Below are positions 1 through 9,106 of a DNA stretch of 38,579 nucleotides, piece after piece. The DNA is from an uncultured Candidatus Saccharibacteria bacterium (GTDB lineage: Bacteria; Patescibacteriota; Saccharimonadia; QS-5-54-17), in contig CAZXAD010000002.1 of NCBI GenBank assembly GCA_964638825.1, positions 1-38,579 of the forward strand, in the 5' to 3' direction. A program made the translations under genes and the position numbers. The number at the start of each line of letters is the position of its first letter. The stretch's first letter is position 1. The notes below the pieces were generated by a model that made no database searches, had not been told where the DNA came from, and saw nothing but the letters and a program-made list of their open reading frames with translations.

Positions 1-68
1 ATGAAGACCTCGACAACGAGCGTGACCCGCAGCTGAAGAAAGCAATGGAATTGCTTTCAGAGGGTTAA
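1..68 (+). CDS. 3' end of a CDS entering from the left edge; product unknown
   Basis: Frame 3 is open from the window edge to TAA at 66-68 (..EDLDNERDPQLKKAMELLSEG*). Only 21 codons are visible, so no family call is possible. Confidence 0.3.
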   Translation, partial: EDLDNERDPQLKKAMELLSEG

Positions 69-259
69 GAATCAATAATCAATAATTACAAAGAACACTC
101 AAGAATTACATTTGCAAGCTCTCGAGGCTTTAATGAGTCCATTCAATAATTCAAGCAACAGCTTGTAATTCATAATTCAATATAAAGAGTGACAAGTTAT
201 AACAATTATACAGTACACGTGAATGCTTGCGCTAGCTCGGTTTAAACGTGGTAGTATAG

Positions 260-1888
260 GTGGAGTTTAGAGGAGAGTTGCAGGTGGCTAATACGCAAAC
301 AAAATACGTGTTCGTGACCGGAGGAGTATTATCCGGTGTGGGGAAAGGTATTACTGCTGCCAGTCTCGCCAAAATCCTCAAAAGCCGCGGCATGAAGGTG
401 AATATCCAAAAATGTGACCCGTATCTGAATACTGATGCCGGTACGCTCAATCCGGCGGAACACGGAGAGGTGTTCGTAACCGCTGACGGTGCGGAAACGG
501 ATCTTGATCTGGGGCATTACGAACGCTTTTTAGATCAGGAATTATCACAAAAAAGCTCATTAATGAGCGGCAAAGTATTATCTAACGTAATCGCGGATGA
601 GAGGGCAGGAGAATATCTGGGCAAGACCGTACAAATTATTCCGCATGTTACGAATGCCATCCAGGATGAGATAGAAGCAGCCGGAGCTGGGTGTGACGTT
701 CATTTCGTAGAAATCGGCGGTACCGTGGGTGATTATGAAGGGTTAAGCTTCCTGGAAGCTATTAGAGAATTCAAGCAAAGAGTAGGGGCGGAAAACGTTC
801 TGTATTTACACGTGGTCTATCTTCCGTATATTGAGGCCAGCAAGGAAGTAAAAACCAAACCCGCCCAGAATGCAGTGCGTAACTTGCGCAGTCTCGGTAT
901 CACGCCGGATGTACTGATTGCTCGTGCTGAGCAAGAAGCAGGAGAAGCAGTCCGTGAAAAATTACAGATGTATGCCGATATCGAGGAAGATGCGATTAGT
1001 ATTGTGCCCACTGTCGATAATGTATACAAAGTTCCGTTGAAACTGGAAGGTATTGCGAACACTATTATCCGTAAATTGACATTACATACAAAAAATGAAG
1101 ATTTACATTCCTGGAAAAAATTACTTGAGACGGCAGCTCGCGATGATTTGCCGACGGTACGCATTGGTGTAGTCGCGAAATACATGGCGCACGAAGACAC
1201 GTACAAAAGCGTGTTCGAAGCTATTAAGGCGGCTGCATGGCGCCACAAAGTCAGAGCCGAGATTACATGGGTAGACGCCGAACGTCTAGAACGAAGGTTC
1301 GATAAGCGAATGTTGAAAAATATTGACGGCATGGTGATACCGGGCGGATTCGGATCGCGTGGCATAGAAGGGAAGATTAAAGCCGCTCGCTATGCTATGG
1401 ACAATAATGTACCGTATTTGGGGTTATGTCTCGGTATGCAGGTAGGAGTGATCGCTTTGGCCCGTCAGGCCGTACATAAACGCGCCCATTCAACTGAATT
1501 TGATCCGGACACTAACCATCCGGTCATTAGCTTAATGGCAGAACAATCCGCGGTGGTGGATATGGGCGGCACGATGCGGCTGGGAAATTACGAGTGCGTG
1601 GTAGAGAAGGGTACTCGTGCACGCAAAATGTACGAAAAATCCCATGTGAATGAACGGCATCGCCACCGATATGAATTTAATAATGCCTATCGAGAGCAGT
1701 TGCAACAGGCAGGTTTGGTTCTTTCGGGCCTTTCACCGGATAATACATTAGTAGAAATGGTCGAGTTGGCTGACCATCCATTTTTTGTAGGCAGCCAATT
1801 CCATCCTGAATTTACTTCACGGCCAGAACATCCGAACCCTTTGTTCTCCGGATTCATGGCCGCTACCAAAAAACAGGGTAAAGGGTAG
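260..1888 (+). CDS. pyrG: CTP synthase
   Basis: 542-aa ORF. The N-terminus has KYVFVTGGVLSGVGKGI. The C-terminal glutamine amidotransferase has GLCLGMQ (Cys nucleophile) and HRHRYEFN. The likely true start is GTG 284, 8 nt after GGAG (272-275). Confidence 0.97.
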   Translation: MEFRGELQVANTQTKYVFVTGGVLSGVGKGITAASLAKILKSRGMKVNIQKCDPYLNTDAGTLNPAEHGEVFVTADGAETDLDLGHYERFLDQELSQKSSLMSGKVLSNVIADERAGEYLGKTVQIIPHVTNAIQDEIEAAGAGCDVHFVEIGGTVGDYEGLSFLEAIREFKQRVGAENVLYLHVVYLPYIEASKEVKTKPAQNAVRNLRSLGITPDVLIARAEQEAGEAVREKLQMYADIEEDAISIVPTVDNVYKVPLKLEGIANTIIRKLTLHTKNEDLHSWKKLLETAARDDLPTVRIGVVAKYMAHEDTYKSVFEAIKAAAWRHKVRAEITWVDAERLERRFDKRMLKNIDGMVIPGGFGSRGIEGKIKAARYAMDNNVPYLGLCLGMQVGVIALARQAVHKRAHSTEFDPDTNHPVISLMAEQSAVVDMGGTMRLGNYECVVEKGTRARKMYEKSHVNERHRHRYEFNNAYREQLQQAGLVLSGLSPDNTLVEMVELADHPFFVGSQFHPEFTSRPEHPNPLFSGFMAATKKQGKG

Positions 1889-1910
1889 AGCGTAAAGGAG
1901 AGAGGGGCAA
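1876..1910. repeat. G-type heptamer-word array (GGGTAAA GGGTAGA GCGTAAA GGAGAGA GGGGCAA)
   Basis: Read directly in 7-nt register. It starts inside the last pyrG codons (stop TAG 1886-1888). Confidence 0.7.
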
Positions 1911-1943
1911 GAAAAATAAAAGAAGATTCAACTTCTTATTTTT

Positions 1944-1978
1944 ACCCTCAACCCTTAGCCCTCTACGATTTACGCTTC
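1944..1978. repeat. C-type heptamer-word array (ACCCTCA ACCCTTA GCCCTCT ACGATTT ACGCTTC)
   Basis: Reverse-complement vocabulary of the 1876-1910 array, and an imperfect inverted repeat with it. It lies upstream of the receiver gene. Confidence 0.7.
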
Positions 1979-2025
1979 ATATAACCCTGTACATATTTCC
2001 ATAGAAACGCTACGCTTAAAGAACA

Positions 2026-2412
2026 ATGCAAGACAAGCCGAAAAAAATACTACTCGTTGAAGATGATGAAGGGTTAGCCAATGTCTATAAAGCCCGATTG
2101 GAAGCAGAGGGTTTTGAAGTGCGTCATTGCGATAACGGAGAATCAGCGTTAAGCGATGCCATGGAGTATAAACCAGATTTGATACTGCTTGACGTTATGA
2201 TGCCGGAGATAAGCGGCTTTGATGTACTGGATATATTGCGGAATACACCAGAAGTTTTCGAAATAAAAATCATTATGCTAACCGCGCTTAATCAGGATTC
2301 TGATAAGCAGCGTGCCGAGGAGCTTGGAATTGATGATTACCTTGTCAAATCACAAGTGGTAATAGCCGATGTGGTGGATCGAATCAAATATCATCTTGGC
2401 ATGACTGGCTAG
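2026..2412 (+). CDS. Stand-alone response-regulator receiver domain (CheY-like, no output domain)
   Basis: 128 aa with LLVEDD, LILLDVMMP (phospho-acceptor Asp context) and DYLVKS (conserved Lys). Paralogous to the receiver at 35588-36298 (shared GFDVLDILR.TPE and YLVKSQ). Confidence 0.9.
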   Translation: MQDKPKKILLVEDDEGLANVYKARLEAEGFEVRHCDNGESALSDAMEYKPDLILLDVMMPEISGFDVLDILRNTPEVFEIKIIMLTALNQDSDKQRAEELGIDDYLVKSQVVIADVVDRIKYHLGMTG

Positions 2413-2416
2413 AGCA

Positions 2417-2444
2417 GCGTCAAGGGTAGAGGGTTGAGCTACAG
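2417..2444. repeat. G-type heptamer-word array (GCGTCAA GGGTAGA GGGTTGA GCTACAG)
   Basis: Starts 5 nt after the receiver stop codon. Uses the same words as 9763-9776. Confidence 0.65.
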
Positions 2445-2544
2445 CACCAAAACTCAAAACGTCCAGTTCATGCACGGTACCTGTTTACCGAAAAAAGTAA
2501 ATTTATCCTCTTGTCACTTTTGAATTTTGTTTGGTGATGGGCAA

Positions 2545-2600
2545 GCGTAAAGGGTTAAGGAATAGAAATTCGGAATTGGTAATTAGGATACAGAAGTGAA
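2545..2600. repeat. Heptamer array changing from G-type to A/T-type words (GCGTAAA GGGTTAA GGAATAG AAATTCG GAATTGG TAATTAG ...)
   Basis: 7-nt register read directly. Positions 2556-2576 (TAAGGAATAGAAATTCGGAAT) are identical to 16414-16434. Confidence 0.7.
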
Positions 2601-2705
2601 GAGCTGGACATGAATTGCAACAAGAATCATGTCTTCATTACAGCCATCAAGAGGCAGAACCTGTCTTACTGCGCTCCGCGAAGAATTACCAAACATTGAG
2701 TAGTA

Positions 2706-2978
2706 TTATTTTACTGAAACAACAGTCCGTGGCACGCGGTGGCCGCTGAAACGACGAACCCGTGTTTTATGGAACTCAACATTGCCGTCACGAACAGCGT
2801 AAATGGTGTAGTCGCGCCCGATGCGCGTTCCATCACCAGCGCGCTTGCTCAAGCCGCGTTGGCGTACCAGGATGTTGCCGGCTTTGACTGCTTCACCGCC
2901 GAACCGTTTCACACCCAGCCGTTGACCGGGAGAATCATGCAGATTTTTTACTGAACCGCCAGCTTTCGTCTTAGACAT
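2706..2978 (-). CDS. rpmA: 50S ribosomal protein L27
   Basis: 90 aa with KAGGS.., [10 protein letters not shown] and ILVRQRG, which are the L27 signature blocks. Confidence 0.95.
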   Translation of the reverse strand: MSKTKAGGSVKNLHDSPGQRLGVKRFGGEAVKAGNILVRQRGLSKRAGDGTRIGRDYTIYAVRDGNVEFHKTRVRRFSGHRVPRTVVSVK

Positions 2979-4157
2979 CTAAACTCTCTCCAATATCATT
3001 AATTGTCGTCCTACGTATTGATCATGGCGCATGTAGAGCAAATCGCTTGCTATTATGCCATCTAAGTCTATTAAATTGTACCCCAGAGAGGTGAGGTCGT
3101 CAATTTCTTCTGTGCGGTTTTGGGCAGAGTGCGATTGTGCATACGCCCTTGAAACCAAATGCGGCGTAATGGTTTGTTTCTCATGCCGCCACGCCGGCGC
3201 GGCGATACACAGGGGTGTGCCTGCGGTAAGTTGTGGATGTAAATTCTGCAAGGTTTCCCGTAATAACGTATCGGATTCCTCTGCTATTTTTTCTAGATAT
3301 TCCCGGGAGGATGGACCAGTCATAAGAGGGCCGAGATATCCTTCACTCGCTACGGCGTCAGCCGTTTCGGGTGCGGTAACGTGGCGGGCATCGGCTGTAA
3401 ATACCGCTTCGGGCGATTTCACGTTGAATTCCTGTTTCAGCCACTGAAGGTTATTCCGGCTACAGTCAACCATCCGGGGGTCAATGTCGCTGCCACTGGC
3501 ATCTTTTTCCATTAATAGCGCTTCTTGTAAAATGACGCCGCTGCCACAGAACGGGTCGAAAATATGGGCACCGCCGGCCATATTTACCATGATCCGGGCG
3601 AGTTTAGGCGGTAACATTCCGACATTCATATCCCGGCACGGCCGTTCCATGTCGCGTTTCGTGAAGGCATCAATATCCTGCACCCATACGCTGCGACCGA
3701 TAAGCGTGGAATGTTTTCCAATACTAATAACAAGCTCACTTTGGGAACGGTGGAGCTGATTATGCAATACATGGGCGGAATTCAGGGCTTGGGAACGGCC
3801 AAATACCACACGAGGCCGGAATCCGTGGTGTTTGAGCTGCTTTTTCATATTAAAGCAAAGATCCTTATACCGTGTCCATTTGGCGCCGTATACGCTTATT
3901 CCGAATGACAATTTTGCTTCGGACTGATCAGCGAGATACGAGGCAATATTCTCGAGCAAATGTGATTCTATTTCATCGATCCGGGTTGTTGGTATTTCAT
4001 CAACTACTCGCGCGATTTTACTGCTTCCGCCAAATTGAGAATAGTGCGCGCCAGTGAACGTAGCAGTGGTATTAGTATGCAGGATAACATCAGCGCTTGT
4101 GCGCTTTAATTCTGCCAATGAGAGGCGCGGATGTGAGCCGAGAATCGCTAAATACAT
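2979..4157 (-). CDS. SAM-dependent RNA methyltransferase, UPF0020/Trm11-like (THUMP-like N-terminus inferred)
   Basis: Motif I is FDPFCGSGVILQEA. The ORF extends at most to ATG 4178, but ATG 4157 (MYLAILGSHP..) lies 8 nt after an extended -10 TGTTACAAT, which overlaps the longer ORF start. Confidence 0.75.
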   Translation of the reverse strand: MYLAILGSHPRLSLAELKRTSADVILHTNTTATFTGAHYSQFGGSSKIARVVDEIPTTRIDEIESHLLENIASYLADQSEAKLSFGISVYGAKWTRYKDLCFNMKKQLKHHGFRPRVVFGRSQALNSAHVLHNQLHRSQSELVISIGKHSTLIGRSVWVQDIDAFTKRDMERPCRDMNVGMLPPKLARIMVNMAGGAHIFDPFCGSGVILQEALLMEKDASGSDIDPRMVDCSRNNLQWLKQEFNVKSPEAVFTADARHVTAPETADAVASEGYLGPLMTGPSSREYLEKIAEESDTLLRETLQNLHPQLTAGTPLCIAAPAWRHEKQTITPHLVSRAYAQSHSAQNRTEEIDDLTSLGYNLIDLDGIIASDLLYMRHDQYVGRQLMILERV

Positions 4158-4165
4158 ATGAGGGT

Positions 4166-4174
4166 ATTGTAACA
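4166..4174 (-). promoter_or_regulatory. Extended -10 element TGT-TACAAT, 8 nt before ATG 4157 (leaderless candidate)
   Basis: Read on the - strand. No Shine-Dalgarno lies between the box and the ATG. Confidence 0.5.
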
Positions 4175-4263
4175 GCATTAAAACAAGCGTTGAGCGTCAA
4201 GTATAAAGGGTAAAGCATGAAAAGAACGGAAAGACAGATCATTTTCCTGTAACCATGTTTTTT

Positions 4264-4312
4264 ACTCTCAACCCTCAACCCTCAACCCTTTATGCTTAAC
4301 CCTGCTCTCAGT
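4264..4312. repeat. C-type heptamer array (ACTCTCA ACCCTCA ACCCTCA ACCCTTT ATGCTTA ACCCTGC TCTCAGT)
   Basis: Two exact tandem ACCCTCA units flanked by degenerate copies, between divergent genes. The complement carries four GGG tracts. Confidence 0.8.
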
Positions 4313-4324
4313 GCTGTATAATGG

Positions 4325-5353
4325 ATGAGAATGAATTTACAACGGATACTCATATTTGCCGGTGTAATTTTTTTCGGGGTATTCATTTATTTTGCCCGGG
4401 AAGATATCGTGGAGGCTTTCCAGTTGATCCGATCAGTCAATTGGTGGTTTCTTCTGTTAATTCTTCCGCTTCAAGGACTGGATTATATAGTCAAAGCATT
4501 GTTTTACCGGAGTATGCTTGTGTACTTCGGCTACCGGGTTTCCGTTTGGCGGCTGTTTAAATTGAGCTGGGCGATGTTATTCGTGAACGTAGCGTTACCG
4601 TCTGCCGGGCTATCATCCTTGTCATTGATGGTGGCGGCACTCCGGAATGACGGGGTGCCGAGCGGAAAAGTAACGCTGACTCATTTTTCCAAGTACGCTA
4701 TTACGTATGTGTCGTTTTCATTGATATTATTATTCGGCGTATTGGCGCTTTATTTTGGCGACAGCATCGCTCAAATCACAATCCGATTCACCGTCTTAAT
4801 CGGGTTTGCCATCGTGGGACTGAGTATATTCGGCCTATATGCGCTGTATGATAAGCGGGCGTTTAATTGGGTTTCTCGCAAAATCCAACAAGGTATTGAT
4901 TGGTTCAGCAAGAAAGTCCGCGGCGGAAAAGAATTAATCGGCGGAGAGAAATTAGAACGCGTACTATATGATTTTTATGACGGGTTCCATCAAGTCATGC
5001 GTAATCGGGCATATCTGAGACAGCCATTTTTGTGGGGGTTAATCGGCAATATTATTGAGGTACTGATTCTTTATGTGATTTTTCTGGCGCTCGGGTATAC
5101 GCTTAATCCCGGAATAGTTATTATCGCGTACGCTATCGCCAACGCTACCGGATTAATAAGCATCATTCCCGGTGATATTGGTGTATATGAAGTAGTAATG
5201 GTAGCAGTTTTAACGGCAGCTGGCGTACCGCTATCTGTCGGCGTGTCAGCAACGTTGTTATACCGTGTGGTCGTGAAACTGGCATTTATACCGGTCGGAT
5301 TTTATTTTTATACCCGTCAAGTACAGGAGGTGCCCCATGCAGCCCGCCATTAG
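4325..5353 (+). CDS. Multi-pass membrane protein, lysylphosphatidylglycerol-synthase-TM/flippase-like (UPF0104) family
   Basis: 342 aa with about 8 hydrophobic segments. The N-terminus has the family-typical shape (..ILIFAGVIFFGVFIYF..VNWWFLLLILPLQ). The start may be ATG 4331, 8 nt after TATAAT 4317-4322. Confidence 0.7.
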   Translation: MRMNLQRILIFAGVIFFGVFIYFAREDIVEAFQLIRSVNWWFLLLILPLQGLDYIVKALFYRSMLVYFGYRVSVWRLFKLSWAMLFVNVALPSAGLSSLSLMVAALRNDGVPSGKVTLTHFSKYAITYVSFSLILLFGVLALYFGDSIAQITIRFTVLIGFAIVGLSIFGLYALYDKRAFNWVSRKIQQGIDWFSKKVRGGKELIGGEKLERVLYDFYDGFHQVMRNRAYLRQPFLWGLIGNIIEVLILYVIFLALGYTLNPGIVIIAYAIANATGLISIIPGDIGVYEVVMVAVLTAAGVPLSVGVSATLLYRVVVKLAFIPVGFYFYTRQVQEVPHAARH

Positions 5354-6512
5354 TGTCAGCCAGTTCGTAGAAATAATTAATGAAACTCTGGAAATGACAT
5401 ATCCGGTCGTGGATGTCATAGGGGAAATAGCCAGTTACCGGGAATGGAATAACCGGCTGGCGTTCATGGATTTAAAAGATGAGGGGGCGGTGGTTAGCTG
5501 CATGATTCCTTTACAAATGCTTAATACGCCTGTTGAGGAGGGTATGCAGATCTGCGTGAGCGCTACGCCGAAAGTAACCAACAAAGGGCGCTTCAGCCTG
5601 AATATACGCAAACTCGAATTGGTAGGAGAGGGGGCGCTTCGGCGCGCGTTCGAATTACTGAAAACGAAACTGGAGCAGGAGGGGTTATTCGCTCCGGAAC
5701 GGAAGCGGCCGTTGCCGCGCTTTCCCGAGAGAATAGCCGTGGTCACCTCGCTTGATTCGGCTGCGTATCAGGATTTTCTAAAAACTCTAAAGCAGCGATG
5801 GGGAGGACTGGAAATACTGGCGGTCCACACGCAAGTCCAGGGAGAGGCTGCCCCGGAACAGCTCGTGGACGCGCTTTCATACGTTAACCAGCTGCCAGAA
5901 CCCGTCGATGCTGTGGTAGTTACCAGGGGTGGCGGCAGTCTTGAGGATCTGGCGGCGTTTAACAGTGAACCGGTGGTGCGCGCGATCGCGTCCAGCAGAG
6001 TACCGACGGTGGTCGGTGTCGGTCATGAAACTGACACATCGTTAGCCGATATGGTAGCGGATGTACGGGCTACGACCCCTACGGACGTCGCTCGTCACAT
6101 CGTTCCCGACCGTCTTGAGCTGCAGAATGTTATTAGGCAATATAAACGCACAATCACACAGTCGACGAATGATGCAATCAAAGAATCGCGCACACAGGTC
6201 GCCCAGCGTGTACGCACGCTCCAACACGCGGTTACCATTTCGCGTTACCGTGAACTAACCCGTTACAGCGCGAAAACCCTCACACACCGCCAACAGCAAT
6301 TACTCAAACGTAATAAGGATTACGTGGTCGGACTGAAGCGGACACTGGAAGGGTTTGACCCACAGGCAGTATTGCGGCGCGGGTATGCGGTGGTGCGACA
6401 ACGTGATTCAGTATTGCACGAAGCCGGACGCGTCTCAGTCGGCGATCAGGTCATGATACAATTACACAAAGGAACGTTAGACGCAGAGGTAACTGATGTC
6501 AAAGAAGACTGA
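5337..6512 (+). CDS. xseA: Exodeoxyribonuclease VII large subunit
   Basis: 391 aa with an N-terminal OB-fold region (SVSQFVEIINETLE..V.V.GEI), VTRGGGSLEDL and a long coiled C-terminal region. Overlaps xseB by 17 nt. Confidence 0.9.
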   Translation: MQPAISVSQFVEIINETLEMTYPVVDVIGEIASYREWNNRLAFMDLKDEGAVVSCMIPLQMLNTPVEEGMQICVSATPKVTNKGRFSLNIRKLELVGEGALRRAFELLKTKLEQEGLFAPERKRPLPRFPERIAVVTSLDSAAYQDFLKTLKQRWGGLEILAVHTQVQGEAAPEQLVDALSYVNQLPEPVDAVVVTRGGGSLEDLAAFNSEPVVRAIASSRVPTVVGVGHETDTSLADMVADVRATTPTDVARHIVPDRLELQNVIRQYKRTITQSTNDAIKESRTQVAQRVRTLQHAVTISRYRELTRYSAKTLTHRQQQLLKRNKDYVVGLKRTLEGFDPQAVLRRGYAVVRQRDSVLHEAGRVSVGDQVMIQLHKGTLDAEVTDVKED

Positions 6513-6735
6513 TTTTAAACAACAACTTGAAGAACTTGAACAAATCGTGGAATGGTTTGAATCTGAGGAAGTGGATATTGACCAAGCACTGGAAAAATTC
6601 GAGCGCGGCATGGAACTGGCCTCCAATCTGGAAAAACAATTAAGTGAAATGGAAAACAAAGTCCAGGAAATTACTCAAAAGTTTAATGATTACGTCTCAG
6701 AAAAAGATACTTCAGATACCGAAAAAGAGGAGTAA
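6496..6735 (+). CDS. xseB: Exodeoxyribonuclease VII small subunit
   Basis: 79 aa with FKQQLEELEQIVEWFE...IDQALEKFERGMEL, the typical XseB helix pattern. Translationally coupled to xseA. Confidence 0.85.
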   Translation: MSKKTDFKQQLEELEQIVEWFESEEVDIDQALEKFERGMELASNLEKQLSEMENKVQEITQKFNDYVSEKDTSDTEKEE

Positions 6736-6738
6736 CCG

Positions 6739-7218
6739 GTGTATTGGTGGATAGTAACGGCTGTCGTGGCCATGTTCGGCCTGGGCGCGGCACTCGGCGC
6801 GCCGTGGCTGCCGACGCGGCGACGCGAAACGGATACCGCGCTTGATTTGCTCGCGTTAGAGCCGGGGCAAACAGTGATTGATCTCGGGTCGGGAACGGGT
6901 GATTTTTTGCGCGGGGCAGCACAGCGCGGCGTATATGGCATAGGGTATGAAATCAATCCGATTTTATGTGCATGGTCGCTAGTGCGTACATGGCCGTGGC
7001 GGAAAAAGGTGACTATCCATTGCCGCAATTATTGGCATGTCGAATTGCCGGAGTGTGACGGCGTGTATGTATTTCTCATCAAGCGGTATATGCCTAAATT
7101 GGACCGGAAACTAATCAGTGAACTATCGCCCGGTACTTCTGTGGTGAGCTATGCTTTTCCGGTTCCAGATCGTGAAGCAAGAACGGAGCAGCAAGGGTTA
7201 TACCTGTACAACTACTAG
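6739..7218 (+). CDS. Small class I SAM-dependent methyltransferase
   Basis: GTG start 3 nt after xseB. Motif I is VIDLGSGTGDF followed by GYEINP. It has an N-terminal hydrophobic helix. Confidence 0.65.
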   Translation: MYWWIVTAVVAMFGLGAALGAPWLPTRRRETDTALDLLALEPGQTVIDLGSGTGDFLRGAAQRGVYGIGYEINPILCAWSLVRTWPWRKKVTIHCRNYWHVELPECDGVYVFLIKRYMPKLDRKLISELSPGTSVVSYAFPVPDREARTEQQGLYLYNY

Positions 7219-7270
7219 TTTAGGAATAGAAAGTATTTACATAAGAAGTTTTTTATGTTGAAATAATGTA

Positions 7271-9040
7271 ATGGCTAAACAACGGATACGCCACACGTGG
7301 CGGATTCTCAGCAAATATATCGGTAATTCCCGACGTGAGCTCGTCCTTATCTCCATTGTGGGAGTAGTATCAGCAGCTGCCAATGGAGCGGCACCGCTAC
7401 TGGTAGGGCGGTTTATTGATGCGATTCTAGAACCTTCCAGTGTCGAGTTGTGGCAATTCACCATCGCTCTCTGGGTGTTTTTAGTGGCGTTATGGTTCAG
7501 TATACAAATAATCGCGGCAGTAGCTGACTGGTTCGTATCATTACGCGGAGACCGGATGGCAGATAACCTTTACGTGTCCTATATGTCCCAAGGATTCGAA
7601 ACGTTACTGCACTTGCCGCTTTCCTTTCATAAACGCAAACAGACCGGAGATATCACCAGCAACGTCCAGCGGGGCGGCAATTATTTAGCTAGGATGGTAC
7701 ATGAGCTGGCGAGTATCGGTCCGCAACTTCTCAGCATCTTTTTCGGTATCGGAATAGCGCTATATATCAGCGTCTGGGCGAGTTTACCGTTAATCGCGGG
7801 CGTGGGTATGTATCTTTTGCTTCTGCGTCGAAACTTTGGTCGGGCCTACCATATGCGCAGAAAACAATGGGACAAATTCAGTGACGCATTCGGTGTATCC
7901 TATGACATGGTTAATAATGTCGAATCCGTAAAGCATTTTACGGCTGAAAACTATGCTTCAAAGTTGTTCACGCGTAAATTTCACAATGCGTTCCGTTGGG
8001 CCTATCAGGGTATAGTGATATGGAGTCGCGTAGGTTTCCAGCAGAAAATGTTGGTGGCCATAGTACAACTGTCGGTGTTTACTATTTCGGTACTATTAAT
8101 ACAAGCCGGTACCATGACTGTGGGCGAACTGATCGCGCTCAATGGGTATGCGGCGATGTTCTTCGGCCCGTTCGTGGCTCTCGGCCGCCGGCTCGACTTC
8201 TTTCAGGAAGCAGCTGTGGGGCTTCGCAAGGCGGAATCGATTCTGACCAGTAAGCGTGAAGCCTACACGCCCCATCGTTCTGTTCGGCCGAATGAGATAC
8301 GCGGCGAAATAGAGTTCGACAATGTATACTTTCGGTACAAATCCAAAGATGAACCGGTACTCGAAAATATCAACCTGCATATCAGGCCGGGGCAAACGCT
8401 TGCCTTGGTGGGCGAATCCGGCGTCGGAAAGAGTACGTTGGTGGATTTGATAGGAGGGTTTTATTTTCCTTCGCGGGGCAACGTCCGTATAGACGGGCGC
8501 AATATACGCCGTATTGATTTGGAATACCTGCGCCGATACATCTCCTACGTACCACAGGAAATATTGCTGTTCCATGAAACCATTTATAACAACATACGGT
8601 TTGCGAAACCGGAAGCTACTAAAGCTGAAATTGAAGAAGCGGCCCGTCGCGCGAAAGCGGATGAGTTCATTGAGAAATTTCCACAGGGATATAACACAGT
8701 AGTAGGGAAACGCGGGGTTAAGTTATCGGCCGGGCAGCGTCAGCGCATTGCTATTGCCCGGGTGATCCTGCGGGATCCGCGGGTTTTAATTCTGGATGAA
8801 CCCACCAGTGCACTGGACGCCAAGACAGAAAAAAGCCTGACAGATTCACTGGAAGAGCTGATGGAAGGGCGAACCACTATTATCATTGCCCACCGGCTTA
8901 GTACTGTGCGCCGGGCGGATGTTATTGCCACGATCAAAAACGGACAGGTTATGGAAATGGGAAGCCACGATGAGTTATTAGCCAAGGAAGCTGGTATTTA
9001 TCGGGAGCTGCATGGTTTGCAATTCGATATGAATGACTAG
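7271..9040 (+). CDS. ABC exporter, fused permease/ATPase half-transporter (MsbA/MdlB type)
   Basis: 589 aa with six N-terminal TM helices, Walker A GESGVGKST, signature LSAGQRQR and Walker B LILDEPTSALD. Confidence 0.92.
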   Translation: MAKQRIRHTWRILSKYIGNSRRELVLISIVGVVSAAANGAAPLLVGRFIDAILEPSSVELWQFTIALWVFLVALWFSIQIIAAVADWFVSLRGDRMADNLYVSYMSQGFETLLHLPLSFHKRKQTGDITSNVQRGGNYLARMVHELASIGPQLLSIFFGIGIALYISVWASLPLIAGVGMYLLLLRRNFGRAYHMRRKQWDKFSDAFGVSYDMVNNVESVKHFTAENYASKLFTRKFHNAFRWAYQGIVIWSRVGFQQKMLVAIVQLSVFTISVLLIQAGTMTVGELIALNGYAAMFFGPFVALGRRLDFFQEAAVGLRKAESILTSKREAYTPHRSVRPNEIRGEIEFDNVYFRYKSKDEPVLENINLHIRPGQTLALVGESGVGKSTLVDLIGGFYFPSRGNVRIDGRNIRRIDLEYLRRYISYVPQEILLFHETIYNNIRFAKPEATKAEIEEAARRAKADEFIEKFPQGYNTVVGKRGVKLSAGQRQRIAIARVILRDPRVLILDEPTSALDAKTEKSLTDSLEELMEGRTTIIIAHRLSTVRRADVIATIKNGQVMEMGSHDELLAKEAGIYRELHGLQFDMND

Positions 9041-9106
9041 TGATCAGTAAATAGTTGTGTCTTTCGGTTGTTCCCTGTAAGCATATGCGTTACTATAATA
9101 TCCAAG

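Noticed and set aside
817-1365. Long antisense ORFs in the six-frame track. Examples are 817-1365 (-), 25310-25711 (+), 27049-27606 (+), 29884-30675 (+), 13246-13662 (-) and 17797-18243 (-).
   Set aside because: Each lies entirely opposite a gene with strong family motifs (pyrG, ATPase, topA, glyQS, rsmH). Their translations are low-complexity or Cys/Ser/Arg-rich, as is typical of shadow frames, and none has an SD or promoter.
4321-4560. 79-aa ORF in an alternative frame at the start of the flippase-like gene.
   Set aside because: It overlaps a 342-aa polytopic membrane protein ORF. The translation is Cys/Arg-rich with no motifs, and its ATG overlaps the 3' end of the TATAAT box (4317-4322).
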